A DNA stretch of 64,000 bases, from positions 71,470 through 135,469 of the forward strand of contig PYJD01000010.1 of assembly GCA_003635315.1 (NCBI GenBank), written 5' to 3'. The stretch comes from Candidatus Poribacteria bacterium (GTDB lineage: Bacteria; Poribacteria; WGA-4E; WGA-3G). Shown in pieces: positions 38,988 to 49,352 of the stretch; within the stretch, counting starts at the first letter, position 1; the number at the start of each line of letters is the position of its first letter. The notes beneath the pieces were generated by a model. It was not told the DNA's origin and ran no database searches. It worked only from the letters and a program-made list of their open reading frames with translations. Both the position numbers and the translations under genes were made by a program.

Positions 38988-39415
38988 AGTCCCATCGGGA
39001 CGGAATGTTCATAGAAAAAATGTAAACCGCCTCTCTTGAGTCCAGTATGAAGATTAAATAATACTTTGGGTAATTGACGGGCAATGAATTGCCCTACTAC
39101 AAACAGGTTGGTTCGTAGTAGGGTGATTTATCACCCGTTAAGAAATTACTGAATTAATAACTTAATCTTCATTAGGGACGGAATGTCTATAGAAAAAATG
39201 CAAACCACCTCTCTTGAGTTCCGTAGGAACGAAATGTCTATAGAGAAACATATTCACACAGTCTTGAGTTCCGTATGAACGGAATGTCTATAGAAGAACA
39301 TATTCACACAGTCTTGAGTTCCGTAGGAACGGAATGTCTATAGAAAACAATGCGAACCACCTCTCTTGAGTTCCGTAGGAACGGCATAACCAAAAAACAT
39401 ATCGTCCCTACAGGA
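38988..39415. repeat. Tandem array of CTTGAGT(T/C)CCGTAGG(A/G)ACGGAATGTCTATAG units, interrupted by a family C MITE
   Basis: About 6 units of ~50 bp plus an inverted half near 39396-39415. Confidence 0.8.
39046..39174. mobile_element. MITE family C (ATGAAGATTAA/TTAATCTTCAT ends) with a REP doublet
   Basis: Splits one GTAGGGACG unit at its TA; contains GGGCAATGAATTGCCCTACTAC / GTAGTAGGGTGATTTATCACCC. Confidence 0.75.
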
Positions 39416-39792
39416 ATGAAGACCATCAAAACGGATTTATCTGTTATTACCACTTTAGGAATAAACTTTCAGTAAATCTGAAAAACGGAAGAATCTTAAA
39501 ACTAAATAATCCTGAAAAATCAATAGGTCAGAAGTATAATTAAATGGTAATAGGTCTGTTCGAAAAGTTGCTTGATTTTTGGCTGTGAATTGGCATCCTA
39601 ATGACTCAGAGTACTACCTTTGAGTCAACCTGAGACTGACATCTCATACATCAATAGTTTATCATTTCTACATCCTTATTTCAAGACCTTCTTTCTTCTT
39701 ATACGATCTCCATATAATGATTACACATTACGAATTGAAGAACACCCTAAATTCCCTTTATCTCTGGAATTATTAAGTGTATTCACCATGCG

Positions 39793-40022
39793 ATACCATT
39801 TCTGATATATAATGTCTCTCTTTGTAGCACAAACTTTCCAGTTTGTGTTACATTCCGCCTCACGCTAACTATAGGTAATAGGAAAAAAATAATAGAAATG
39901 GTATAAGTCATACCATTTCTGATATATAATGTCTCTCTTTGTAGCACAAACTTTCCAGTTTGTGCTACATTCCGTCTCACGCTAACTATAGGTAATAGGA
40001 AAAAAATAATAGAAATGGTATA
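39793..40022. mobile_element. Two tandem MITE family A copies
   Basis: Direct duplication of about 117 bp, each copy with full terminal inverted repeats. Confidence 0.85.
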
Positions 40023-40156
40023 AGTCATCACAACATTAATTATGGATTAAAACTCTATATATTGATATGATTCCTCAACATGTATGACGCTTTGTAATCC
40101 AATGGTATCAATTCTTGACAAAATGTACTGGCTACAGAATCAAGGAGGAATGATTC

Positions 40157-40936
40157 ATGAAAAAGATATTGTCCATCTCTTTTCTAACATTCACTGTATT
40201 CCTATTTTCATTCACAGGAGTACAGTCCGTCCAAGCAGACGATCCAAGAGAAAAAATGGGAATTGTGTCACTCTGGACTTTAGATAAAGACACTGTTCAG
40301 GTCGGTAAAATCGAGGATGTATTCGGTGATAATACAGGAACCATAATTGGAAAACCTGAACAAATTGATGGCTATCGTGGGGATGCCTTTAAATTCGATG
40401 GTGTAGTTGATCTGATACGTATGGATAAGGATATCATCTTCCCTTCTCTAACTGTGGAGGCAATCATTAAACCAACTCTTGGTACACGAAATCCAATTTA
40501 TGATAAATATAACTATGGAATTCAACTACTGGATAACAATACTGTTGGAATCTGGATACGTGCAAATACACCCGTCCAAGCGAATCATTGGCCATCTGCC
40601 TATGTACCATATCCAACAGATGGTGAATGGCATCATATTGTGGGTGTTGTTGAGAATAAGAAAGAGGTCCGTATCTATATTGATGGTGAGTTGATAAAGA
40701 AGACGCCAGCACCTGACCCAATAAGTGTTGCCTATGGTGCAGCACTCAAACCAACAATCGCTTACACGCAACATTTAGGCGGAATCTGGTATGAAGGTGC
40801 TATTGACGAAGTAGCTGTTTTCGAAGTCGCATTAGGAGATGCTGATGTAAGGAAATTGTACACGAATGCCTTGTCTACACTTCAACCAACTGCGAAGCTT
40901 GCTATAACCTGGGGAACACTTAAGATTCAGGATTGA
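40157..40936 (+). CDS. Secreted LamG/concanavalin-A-like domain protein
   Basis: Signal peptide; GEWHHIVGV, IYIDG and GAIDEVAVF motifs; tail KLAITWGTLK. Confidence 0.88.
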   Translation: MKKILSISFLTFTVFLFSFTGVQSVQADDPREKMGIVSLWTLDKDTVQVGKIEDVFGDNTGTIIGKPEQIDGYRGDAFKFDGVVDLIRMDKDIIFPSLTVEAIIKPTLGTRNPIYDKYNYGIQLLDNNTVGIWIRANTPVQANHWPSAYVPYPTDGEWHHIVGVVENKKEVRIYIDGELIKKTPAPDPISVAYGAALKPTIAYTQHLGGIWYEGAIDEVAVFEVALGDADVRKLYTNALSTLQPTAKLAITWGTLKIQD

Positions 40937-41046
40937 TGTTAGTAATCATTCTATGTAAACAACACCGTCGTTTATTAAAGAGTATCACCTCAGGTAAGAT
41001 AAAAGATATTATTACAGTAAATGGAATTAGAAACCATTCTAATACC

Positions 41047-41191
41047 ATACCAATTTGATTATATGTCATAATATCACGCTATCCTCTGTAGGCGGGGAAT
41101 GCCAATAAGGCATTCATACCGTTGATTTGAACTCCGATTCCCGATCTTCTTTACAACGGATAATGGAAAAACTATTATCAGAAATGGTATA
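41047..41191. mobile_element. MITE family A variant
   Basis: ATACCAATT...AGAAATGGTATA ends; GTAGGCGGGG cargo. Confidence 0.6.
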
Positions 41192-41239
41192 ACTTAAATA
41201 TCAATAGCAATCCCATCGTATAAACCCATAGAGGTAAAA

Positions 41240-42898
41240 ATGTCCTACCGAAAAATACTAAAAGAACTCCGCAAAACATTCCCCCAACCGGTATCAGATA
41301 AAATACATGATTCATACTTTGTACACTCTATTATGTCTGCATTAAATCAGGTTGATGATCTGAAAACACGTTTGCCATTTCTTGGCGACATTATTACGGA
41401 AGACTTTGATGTTGCAAAGAAAGCAAAACTACCGGAACACATATCCACTGTTGAAGAAGTTACATCTGAGTTAGTGGGTTACCTTAGAGGTATGACAATT
41501 TTTGGACATCCTCGCACACAACAAAATGTTATCGGTCCAACAACGATCCCAAGTCTTATCGGTGTACTTCTCGCATCTCTACATAATCCTAATTTGGGAT
41601 GGGATGAATATAGTCGAATGGTTGCTTACGCAGAAGTTGAAGTGGTGGGAATTTCTTCACAATTGGTGGGATATAATCCTGAAAAATCAGGTGGAGTGTT
41701 CACATTTGGAGGTACAGCAACAACCCTATACGGTGTGAAGATAGGATTGGAAAAAGCATGTCCAGATACAATAAAAAAAGGAACTCCAGAAAATGTCGTA
41801 GTATTCGTCTCTGATACTGCACATTACTGCGCAACAAATATCACGGGATGGTTAGGAATAGGAACGGATAATCTTATTACGATACCCACCACAGTTGAAA
41901 ACGAAATTGATCTTGTTTTGCTTGAGGAGAATATACGAGAGACATTGAAAGATGGAAAGAAAATCGCAGCAATCATTGCTACGATGGGGACTACCGATGC
42001 TTTCGGACTGGATGATCTATTGCAGATCGTGGCTTTGCGAGAATCAATCGTTGAAGAATTTGAACTTGATTACAAACCCCATATTCACGCTGATGCTGTA
42101 ATCGGATGGGCATGGTCAGTTTTCAACGATTACGACATTGAGGAAAACACACTAAACTTTCGTCCACGCACCATTCGCGCAATAGCAGGGGCATGCCGTC
42201 GTATTCAACACCTCCACTTAGCAGATTCTATCGGAATTGATTTTCATAAAACAGGTTTTACTCCCTATATTTCGAGTCTTGTTCTTGTGAAAGATCAAGC
42301 CGATTTGGATATGTTGAAACGTTCCCCAGAACAGATGCCTTATCTCTACCATTATGGTCAATATCGTCCCGGTATGTATACCCTTGAAACATCCAGAGCA
42401 GGAACGGGTCCACTTTCGGCACTTGCAAACCTACGATTGTTCGGACAAGAAGGTTTACGTGCAATTCTTGGACACATTGTAGAAATGACACAACTTTTAC
42501 GTGAACATTTAGGGGGTCATGCAAGCACAACTGTGCTAAATAGCGGCAATTTTGGAACTGTAACTCTCTTTCGCGCATATCCGTTGGGAATCGATACTTT
42601 TGATATTAAACGACAAGAATTTGAAGATCCAGCATATCGGGAAAGTCTACTTTTACACAATGAATACAATAGAGAAGTGTTCCAATATGTAAATGCAGAG
42701 GCAATGGAGGGGCGTGGGGTATTTATCTCTACAACAGATTGCTATCGGAAAACGTCATACGGTGAACCCATTGTCGCTCTAAAGTCCTATATCCTATCCC
42801 CGTTTGTTGATGAAGATGATGTGAAAATGGTCGTTGATAAAGTCTTAGAAGCAGGAGAGAAAGTTGGCGAAAATGTCAATCCTGATCGGACTGAATAA
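41240..42898 (+). CDS. Group II PLP-dependent decarboxylase
   Basis: FTFGGT, ATMGTTDAFGLD, HADAVIG and DSIGIDFHK (PLP lysine) motifs. Confidence 0.9.
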   Translation: MSYRKILKELRKTFPQPVSDKIHDSYFVHSIMSALNQVDDLKTRLPFLGDIITEDFDVAKKAKLPEHISTVEEVTSELVGYLRGMTIFGHPRTQQNVIGPTTIPSLIGVLLASLHNPNLGWDEYSRMVAYAEVEVVGISSQLVGYNPEKSGGVFTFGGTATTLYGVKIGLEKACPDTIKKGTPENVVVFVSDTAHYCATNITGWLGIGTDNLITIPTTVENEIDLVLLEENIRETLKDGKKIAAIIATMGTTDAFGLDDLLQIVALRESIVEEFELDYKPHIHADAVIGWAWSVFNDYDIEENTLNFRPRTIRAIAGACRRIQHLHLADSIGIDFHKTGFTPYISSLVLVKDQADLDMLKRSPEQMPYLYHYGQYRPGMYTLETSRAGTGPLSALANLRLFGQEGLRAILGHIVEMTQLLREHLGGHASTTVLNSGNFGTVTLFRAYPLGIDTFDIKRQEFEDPAYRESLLLHNEYNREVFQYVNAEAMEGRGVFISTTDCYRKTSYGEPIVALKSYILSPFVDEDDVKMVVDKVLEAGEKVGENVNPDRTE

Positions 42899-43164
42899 TA
42901 TACTCATATTTTCGTAGGTCGGGTAGAGGTACGAAACCCACCGAATTCCATACGCGGATTCGGCGTTGATATGGACGAATTCCATACGCGGATTCGGCGT
43001 TGATATGGACGAATTCCATACGCGGATTCGGCGTTGATATGGACGAATTCCATACGCGGATTCGGCGTTGATTTGGAAACGGGGTGATTGGGTTTATCCT
43101 ATCGGGTTTTGTGCCTCTACTCGAACTACCGAATTATGTTATATTATCATTTAGAAATGGTATA
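42899..43164. repeat. Nested element: MITE A > REP doublet > four 34-bp tandem repeats (42943-43072)
   Basis: GAATTCCATACGCGGATTCGGCGTTGATATGGAC at 42943, 42977, 43011 and 43045. Confidence 0.85.
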
Positions 43165-43167
43165 ACA

Positions 43168-44199
43168 ATGCAATACCTACCAATTGGAAAACTTAAACAC
43201 GACTTGTTGAAAAAACTTCTACCAATTTGCGATGTCAATACAGATGTTATTGTCGGACCTCAGATTGGCGAAGATGCCGCTGTGATGGATATCGGTGATA
43301 AATACCTCGTCGCAACTTCTGATCCAATCACATTTGCTACAGAGGATATTGGATGGTATGTTGTCTGTGTCAATAGTAATGATATTGCTGCGATGGGAGC
43401 AACTCCAAAATGGTTACTGGTTACCCTTCTTTTACCTGAATCTGCCACAACAACTGATATGGTAGAGGACATTATGGCACAAATTACAGATGCATGTTTT
43501 CAGTTCAACATTGCACTATGTGGTGGACATACAGAAATCACACCTACCGTCACACAACCGGTTGTCATCGGACAGATGATAGGCGTTGTCGACAAAGACG
43601 CATTAGTCACTTCATCGGGAGGTAGTGTTAACGATGATTTGATCCTAACAAAAGGAGTAGGAATTGAAGCAACGGCAATCATTGCGCGTGAGTGTGAAAA
43701 TCAATTGAAGGAAAAATACGACACTCAACTCTTAAACAATGCGAAAAACTACCTAATAGATCCGGGTATATCTGTGATAAAGGATGCTGAAATTGCAGTT
43801 GCTACAGGTGGTGTCCATGCGATGCATGATGTTACAGAGGGTGGTGTTACGACTGCTGTTCATGAATTGGCAACCGCTTCCAACTTAGGAGCACTTATCT
43901 ACTCAGAAAAACTCCTTAATTCCTCTAAGATGTATAGTGACATTACTAAAACACTATGTGAGATGTTCCAACTCAGTCCCCTGGGTGTGATCTCATCCGG
44001 TGCTTTACTCATTGCATCTGACCCAGATTATAGTGATATGATTTGTCAGAAGCTTAATAATGCTGCTATCGATGCGGAAATCATTGGTAAATTAACACCC
44101 CTTAATGCCGGAAAATGGTTAGCACATGCAGAAAATAACAAAGAACCACTCCCCATCTTCGAGACAGATGAAATTACCAAGCTTTTCAGTACAGAATAA
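43168..44199 (+). CDS. AIR synthase-related (PurM/HypE-like) protein
   Basis: GEDAAV, SDPITF, NDIAAMGA, GGHTE and MHDVTEGG motifs. Confidence 0.88.
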   Translation: MQYLPIGKLKHDLLKKLLPICDVNTDVIVGPQIGEDAAVMDIGDKYLVATSDPITFATEDIGWYVVCVNSNDIAAMGATPKWLLVTLLLPESATTTDMVEDIMAQITDACFQFNIALCGGHTEITPTVTQPVVIGQMIGVVDKDALVTSSGGSVNDDLILTKGVGIEATAIIARECENQLKEKYDTQLLNNAKNYLIDPGISVIKDAEIAVATGGVHAMHDVTEGGVTTAVHELATASNLGALIYSEKLLNSSKMYSDITKTLCEMFQLSPLGVISSGALLIASDPDYSDMICQKLNNAAIDAEIIGKLTPLNAGKWLAHAENNKEPLPIFETDEITKLFSTE

Positions 44200-44260
44200 A
44201 TAAAAGCAATCTATTGTATTTTATCTGTTGTTAGGTTGCAATACCTTCACCAATAATAGA

Positions 44261-44345
44261 CATTCTGTTAGATTGTGTCTTGTAGCACATGCTGTTAGAT
44301 TGTGTCTTGTAGCACATGCTGTTAGATTGTGCGCTTGTAGCACAT
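44261..44345. repeat. 27-bp tandem repeat, three copies
   Basis: Unit CATGCTGTTAGATTGTGTCTTGTAGCA. Confidence 0.85.
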
Positions 44346-44469
44346 GGATCAATGGTAGATCAACACTATATATTCATTCAACTGAAGCATTAAAAAATGT
44401 CGAAGGTATTGCAAGAATAACCATATCTAATTATATCTCTTGGTACACTCACTCTTATCCATAAGTCAG

Positions 44470-44520
44470 TCTTCCATCCTTCCACTCTTCCATCCTTCCA
44501 CCCTTCCCTCTTCCATTCTT
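44470..44520. repeat. Short CTTCCA(T/C) tandem repeats; the complement occurs at 58216-58256
   Basis: CTTCCATCCTTCCACTCTTCCATCCTTCCACCCTTCC. Confidence 0.7.
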
Positions 44521-44719
44521 ACACCCTAAATCAAAAAAAAATGAATAAATACCCAAAGTAAATCAACAAAATACATAAATACCAGAAAATATCTAAAAAT
44601 TTTATGAAGAAACCCAAACCATGACACAACTAAAGACTGAGAATAATAAAATATTTCACAATCACTTTATTAACACATGTAAACAACATAAACTAATACA
44701 TCACAAACAGAACATTTTA

Positions 44720-45655
44720 CCTTGACTCACGATTTTTATTATGTTACTATATATATTACAATAAAAACACCACTTGAAAAGTTGTTGTGAAACTTTCACA
44801 ACAGTTGTGAATTGAAAATAAAATCTCAGATGTCTACAAACCTATACCAGATAAGGGTTTACACCACTTATAACAAGTACAGAGCATGAAATTTTAAAAA
44901 ATTAAATAAAAATATAGGTTTTTCAGGAATAGCTATAAACCCAATCTAAGACAGACTTTAGGGCAATTTAAAGCATAGTGTTAAAAAAATGTGTTGTGAA
45001 AATGTTATTTGTTATTACGAACTAAAGGAGAACTATCAAATCAACCCATGAACATACTACCGAAATACAGTATATCTCACAAAATGATAAACAAAAACTC
45101 CGAAAAGATAGCCCTTAATTGTTGGAACTTATGAGATATATACTACGAAGGAATCCACCAAGTGAACTGTACTAATTTTTTAGATCTAATTCGTAAATTG
45201 CCTGTAAACACTGACGGATACTAACATCACAACGACTATACTAAAATTGGGGTGACAGAAAAAAGTTACGATTTCGTAACTTTTTAAAAAAATAGGAAAC
45301 TTTCTAATGACTATCAAATACATTCAAAATAATCTTAAAAACAAGAACAGCATAACCAATACCATTTCTGAGAAAAAAAGCCGTATGGATGGTGTATGGG
45401 GATGTCATCTAATAGCTAACATACTAATAGGTTATGTTACAATAATGAGATATTATCATTTAGAAAATGTATTACAAATGTCTGTATCAGATATTCACCC
45501 AAAAAATATAAAAAATAAAAAAGTAGAAGGACAGAAAATAACACAATTCAAGAATTGTTACTATTCTAAAAAAACACCGATGAACGCAGACTGTGACAGG
45601 TCGGACAGCCGTTTTACTAATGACACAAAATGTGTCAAAAAGTGCAACATTTTTA
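44720..45655 (+). other. Conserved non-coding element, copy C
   Basis: TTGACT-N17-TACTAT with extended -10 (44722-44750); blocks homologous to copy A at about 45165-45290, 45335-45357 and 45520-45655. Confidence 0.8.
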
Positions 45656-45896
45656 ACATATTGAATAATATTTATTACTAATGTTAATATTGAAAAACCA
45701 ATAAAGTAAAGGCTTTTTATACTAAATTCTATATAATCAGTTGCTACGTTGATTCCCTACGAGGACATGTTATACCTAAATTGACACCTAATTTTTGAAA
45801 TGATATAACCACTAACCCCATTTCGTTTGACTTTGCTATACATGTGTGTTAATGTATATCTATAAATAAGGTTGAATGGAAGGTATTTTATAGTTA

Positions 45897-46928
45897 ATGG
45901 AACAGTGGATTGAACATCTAATTGTTGGCATTCCCAGTATAGGACTGCTTCTGATAGTAGCAGTAATGCTCTACACGCTCGGAAAAGGAGCCGATTGGCT
46001 TGTAGATGAAGCAGTCGTATTATCAACTCGATGGGGATTAGGTAAAGCAGTTATCGGAGCAACAATCGTAAGCATCGGCACAACAACCCCTGAAGCAGCA
46101 GTATCCGTATTTTCAGCGATTCAAGGAAAACCCGATCTCGCTCTCGGTAATGCCGTCGGTTCGATAATATGTGATACAGGTCTTATCCTCGGATTAGCAT
46201 CCCTAATTGCACCGTTATCGTTTAACCGCCAGTTGGCATCCCGTTTATCCAATGTCCAGGTAGGGGCTGGAATTCTCATGGTTCTCGCCTGTTTTCCATG
46301 GTCATCTACAGCAGTAATCTTCACACAAGGTGGAAATCTACCTCAAATAATGGGGTTTATCTTCGTTGTTCTATTAGGGTTGTATGTGTGGCAATCAATA
46401 CGATGGGCAAGTTCAACACCAACAGATGGTGAAGAGGAATCCGAACATTACGAGTCAAGTGCAGCATTAACCCTACTAAAACTCATCGGTTCAATAGCTA
46501 TCGTTGTAATCTCCGCACAAATCCTAATTCCAACAGTAAGTGTATTAGCAGAAAGATTCAATGTTCCAAAAGCAATTATCGCCGCAACATTAGTTGCATT
46601 TGGCACATCACTCCCAGAACTGGTAACTGCCATCACAGCCGTTCGTCGAGGACACGGAGAATTAGCCGTTGGCAATATCATTGGTGCAGACATTCTAAAT
46701 GTGCTTTTTGTTGCAGGTGTCTCAGCATCAGCCACGCCTACCGGTCTAAAGGCATCACCTCAGTTCTTTCAATTCCTGTTCCCAGCGATGGTCTTCATTT
46801 TAATCGTCTTCCGAATCGGTATTTTCGTATCGGGAAGCCAGTTGAAACGTCCATTTGGTTTTGTCTTGGTTGGAACATATATACTGGTAACAATACTCAG
46901 CTACATTTTCTCAATTGATATGCATTAA
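45897..46928 (+). CDS. Calcium/sodium antiporter (YrbG-like, CaCA family)
   Basis: Two alpha repeats: GTTTPE..GNAVGS and GTSLPE..GNIIGADILN. Confidence 0.93.
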   Translation: MEQWIEHLIVGIPSIGLLLIVAVMLYTLGKGADWLVDEAVVLSTRWGLGKAVIGATIVSIGTTTPEAAVSVFSAIQGKPDLALGNAVGSIICDTGLILGLASLIAPLSFNRQLASRLSNVQVGAGILMVLACFPWSSTAVIFTQGGNLPQIMGFIFVVLLGLYVWQSIRWASSTPTDGEEESEHYESSAALTLLKLIGSIAIVVISAQILIPTVSVLAERFNVPKAIIAATLVAFGTSLPELVTAITAVRRGHGELAVGNIIGADILNVLFVAGVSASATPTGLKASPQFFQFLFPAMVFILIVFRIGIFVSGSQLKRPFGFVLVGTYILVTILSYIFSIDMH

Positions 46929-46956
46929 AAAACAATTATCTACATCATAGGGTATT

Positions 46957-47070
46957 TAAGTAAAGTTAATAATTAATGAGACATTGCGACCTTGACGAAG
47001 AACGTCCATCGTAGGGACGAGGCTTCCTCGCACGTTGTAAAATGTTCGATTAATTCAAAAGGATACTATA
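46957..47070. mobile_element. MITE family B
   Basis: GTAGGGACGAGGCTTCCTCG cargo; right end TTAATTCAAAAGGATACTATA. Confidence 0.6.
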
Positions 47071-47224
47071 AATTCCGTACCAATAGATTTCTATCTGGAT
47101 ACCGTTCTACAAATCTTTACTATTTAACACACAATGGACATTGATTCACCGAAAAATCTCACCTTAAATATAAGAAGAATCCTTCATATAAACACACCAA
47201 TCCACAATCTAATACATACTCATA

Positions 47225-49099
47225 ATGTCCCGAATACCGTTCTTAATTCTCTCCATCCTACTCTCCATACAGGTTATAGCACCAAACGTTTCTGCCCAAA
47301 ACTACGGAAAATGGGGGTTACCCGATGGTGCGAAAGTACGTCTTGGTAAAGGCATTGCTACACAGGTCATATCCTCCCCAGATGGAAAACTAATTGCTGT
47401 AGCAAGTTCTACAGGTGTTTGGATACACGATGCACTGACGGGTGAAGAACTTTACCTACTAAAGGAACAAAACGCTTATGCCTTCTGTGTGGCATTCAGT
47501 CCAGACGGATTAACTTTAGCCAGTGCAGGTACAGATAGAATTGTTCGTTTATGGGATGTGCGAACAGGTACAGAACTTAGAACAATGACAGGACATAAAA
47601 TGAGCATAAATAGTGTGGATTTCAGTCCGGATGGGAAGATTGTAGTAAGTGGTAGTCACGATACGACTGTCCGGTTATGGAACGTACAGACCGGAACGTT
47701 AATAAATACCCTTGAAGGATACACGGACCGATTCGGAACGGTAGTATTCAGTACAGATGGTACAATGCTTGCTATCACAAATCGAGAATATAAAATATAT
47801 CTATGGGATATAACAACAGCAACCTTACTTCACACACTCAAGGGACATGAAAAACGTATAAGACGTGTCGTTTTCAACTCAGACGATAAATTCCTTCTTA
47901 GTAATAGCTCTGATCGAACAGTACGCATGTGGGATGTAAACACAGGGTCAGCTCTTCAAACACTAATAGGGTACAGACCTGAAGAGGTTGTAGGTGTCCA
48001 ATACAATCCAGATACTAAAACGATTCTAAGTGTAAGGTTATGGGATAATACCTTTACAACAAAAGATGTCATCACAGGTGAAACACAACCAACATTTAGT
48101 GATAACATAGATAACAAGAATCGTATTGAGTTAATTCGGGATGGGAAAACCTATATAACGGGTGGATTAGGTGAAACTCTTCAGGTATGGGATGTGAAAA
48201 CATTGACAGTCCTTCAGGATCTGAAAGGTTATACCAATAGAGTCCGAGCTGTAGCATTCAGTATCGACGGGAACATCATCGCAACTGGGGGTAGTGGAAG
48301 TGTTACTGTCAGTTTGTGGGATGTAGAAACAGGAAATCTACTTAATGAACTCTCAGGACATACGGGTAGGGTCTCAGACGTAGTATTTAGTCCAGATGGA
48401 AAGACCCTCCTAAGTTCCAGTTATTCCGATGAAACGATAAGATTATGGGATATCCAATCCGGTAATTTAATCCGAATGTTCTCAAAACATACAGACGGAG
48501 TCAGCAGTATAGCACTTAGTCCAGATGGGAACATACTTGCAGCAGGTAGTGACGAACCGTCCATTCTTATATGGAATCCACATACAGGAGATCAACTTAG
48601 ATCACTTAAAGGTCATACAAAAAATATCGTGAGTCTTGCCTTCAGTCCAGATGGAGATATATTAGCAAGTGGAAGTTGGGATTACACTATACGGCTTTGG
48701 GATATGCACACAGGTGACAATATACATGTACTATCGGATCACATGAATAGGGTGAGTAGTTTAGCATTTACGCCAGATGGTGGTACACTCGCAAGCGGAA
48801 GTTGGGACGACACAATCATATTATGGGATGTAGAAACAGGTGAAGCTATACAATCCTTGTCTGGACATGCAGATGATGTACAATCCGTCACCATTAGTCC
48901 AGATGGTAGAATGCTGGTCAGTGGCTGTTGGGACAGTACGATCCGTTTGTGGGATATACAGACAGGAGTACATATTATTACGCTGAATGGACATACTGGT
49001 AGTATTGATAGTCTGGCATTCAGTCCGGATAGTAAAACACTTGCATCCGGTAGTTTCGATGGAACCGTTCTCCTCTGGGATTTGAACCCAAACCCGTAG
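47225..49099 (+). CDS. Secreted WD40-repeat protein
   Basis: Signal peptide; WGLPDGAKVRLGKG; about 14 GH...FSPDG...WD repeats. Confidence 0.93.
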   Translation: MSRIPFLILSILLSIQVIAPNVSAQNYGKWGLPDGAKVRLGKGIATQVISSPDGKLIAVASSTGVWIHDALTGEELYLLKEQNAYAFCVAFSPDGLTLASAGTDRIVRLWDVRTGTELRTMTGHKMSINSVDFSPDGKIVVSGSHDTTVRLWNVQTGTLINTLEGYTDRFGTVVFSTDGTMLAITNREYKIYLWDITTATLLHTLKGHEKRIRRVVFNSDDKFLLSNSSDRTVRMWDVNTGSALQTLIGYRPEEVVGVQYNPDTKTILSVRLWDNTFTTKDVITGETQPTFSDNIDNKNRIELIRDGKTYITGGLGETLQVWDVKTLTVLQDLKGYTNRVRAVAFSIDGNIIATGGSGSVTVSLWDVETGNLLNELSGHTGRVSDVVFSPDGKTLLSSSYSDETIRLWDIQSGNLIRMFSKHTDGVSSIALSPDGNILAAGSDEPSILIWNPHTGDQLRSLKGHTKNIVSLAFSPDGDILASGSWDYTIRLWDMHTGDNIHVLSDHMNRVSSLAFTPDGGTLASGSWDDTIILWDVETGEAIQSLSGHADDVQSVTISPDGRMLVSGCWDSTIRLWDIQTGVHIITLNGHTGSIDSLAFSPDSKTLASGSFDGTVLLWDLNPNP

Positions 49100-49135
49100 A
49101 AGAGTTAACCGCTTGTGTAGATTGATATACTCTCT

Positions 49136-49352
49136 TTTTTGTAGCACAAATTTTCAGTTTGTGTCTTCCCCGTTTCATTCCTAACAATCGGTAATGAGAT
49201 TATAATTATTTTTGTAGCACAAACTTTTAGTTTGTGTCTTCCCCGTTTCATTCCTAACAATCGGTAATGAGATTATAATTATTTTTGTAGCACAAACTTT
49301 TAGTTTGTGTCTTCCCCGTTTCATTCCTAACAATCGGTAATGAGATTATAAT
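49136..49352. repeat. 73-bp tandem repeat, three copies (MITE A body)
   Basis: TGTAGCAC recurs at 49140, 49213 and 49286. Confidence 0.85.

Noticed and set aside
38988-39415. CRISPR array
   Set aside because: Linkers are only ~17-19 nt and repeat each other, the units are degenerate and dispersed elsewhere (24335, 30781, 54965), and there are no cas genes.
39783-40031. 82-aa ORF with an internal repeat
   Set aside because: It is the reverse translation of two tandem MITEs.
42943-43072. CRISPR array
   Set aside because: The 34-bp units are contiguous with no spacers.
2965-45655. Non-coding copies A and C as inverted ends of a 42-kb mobile element
   Set aside because: The interval contains housekeeping genes (aroC, pyrD, pyrB), no integrase or matching transposase, no visible target duplication, and a third partial copy lies inside.
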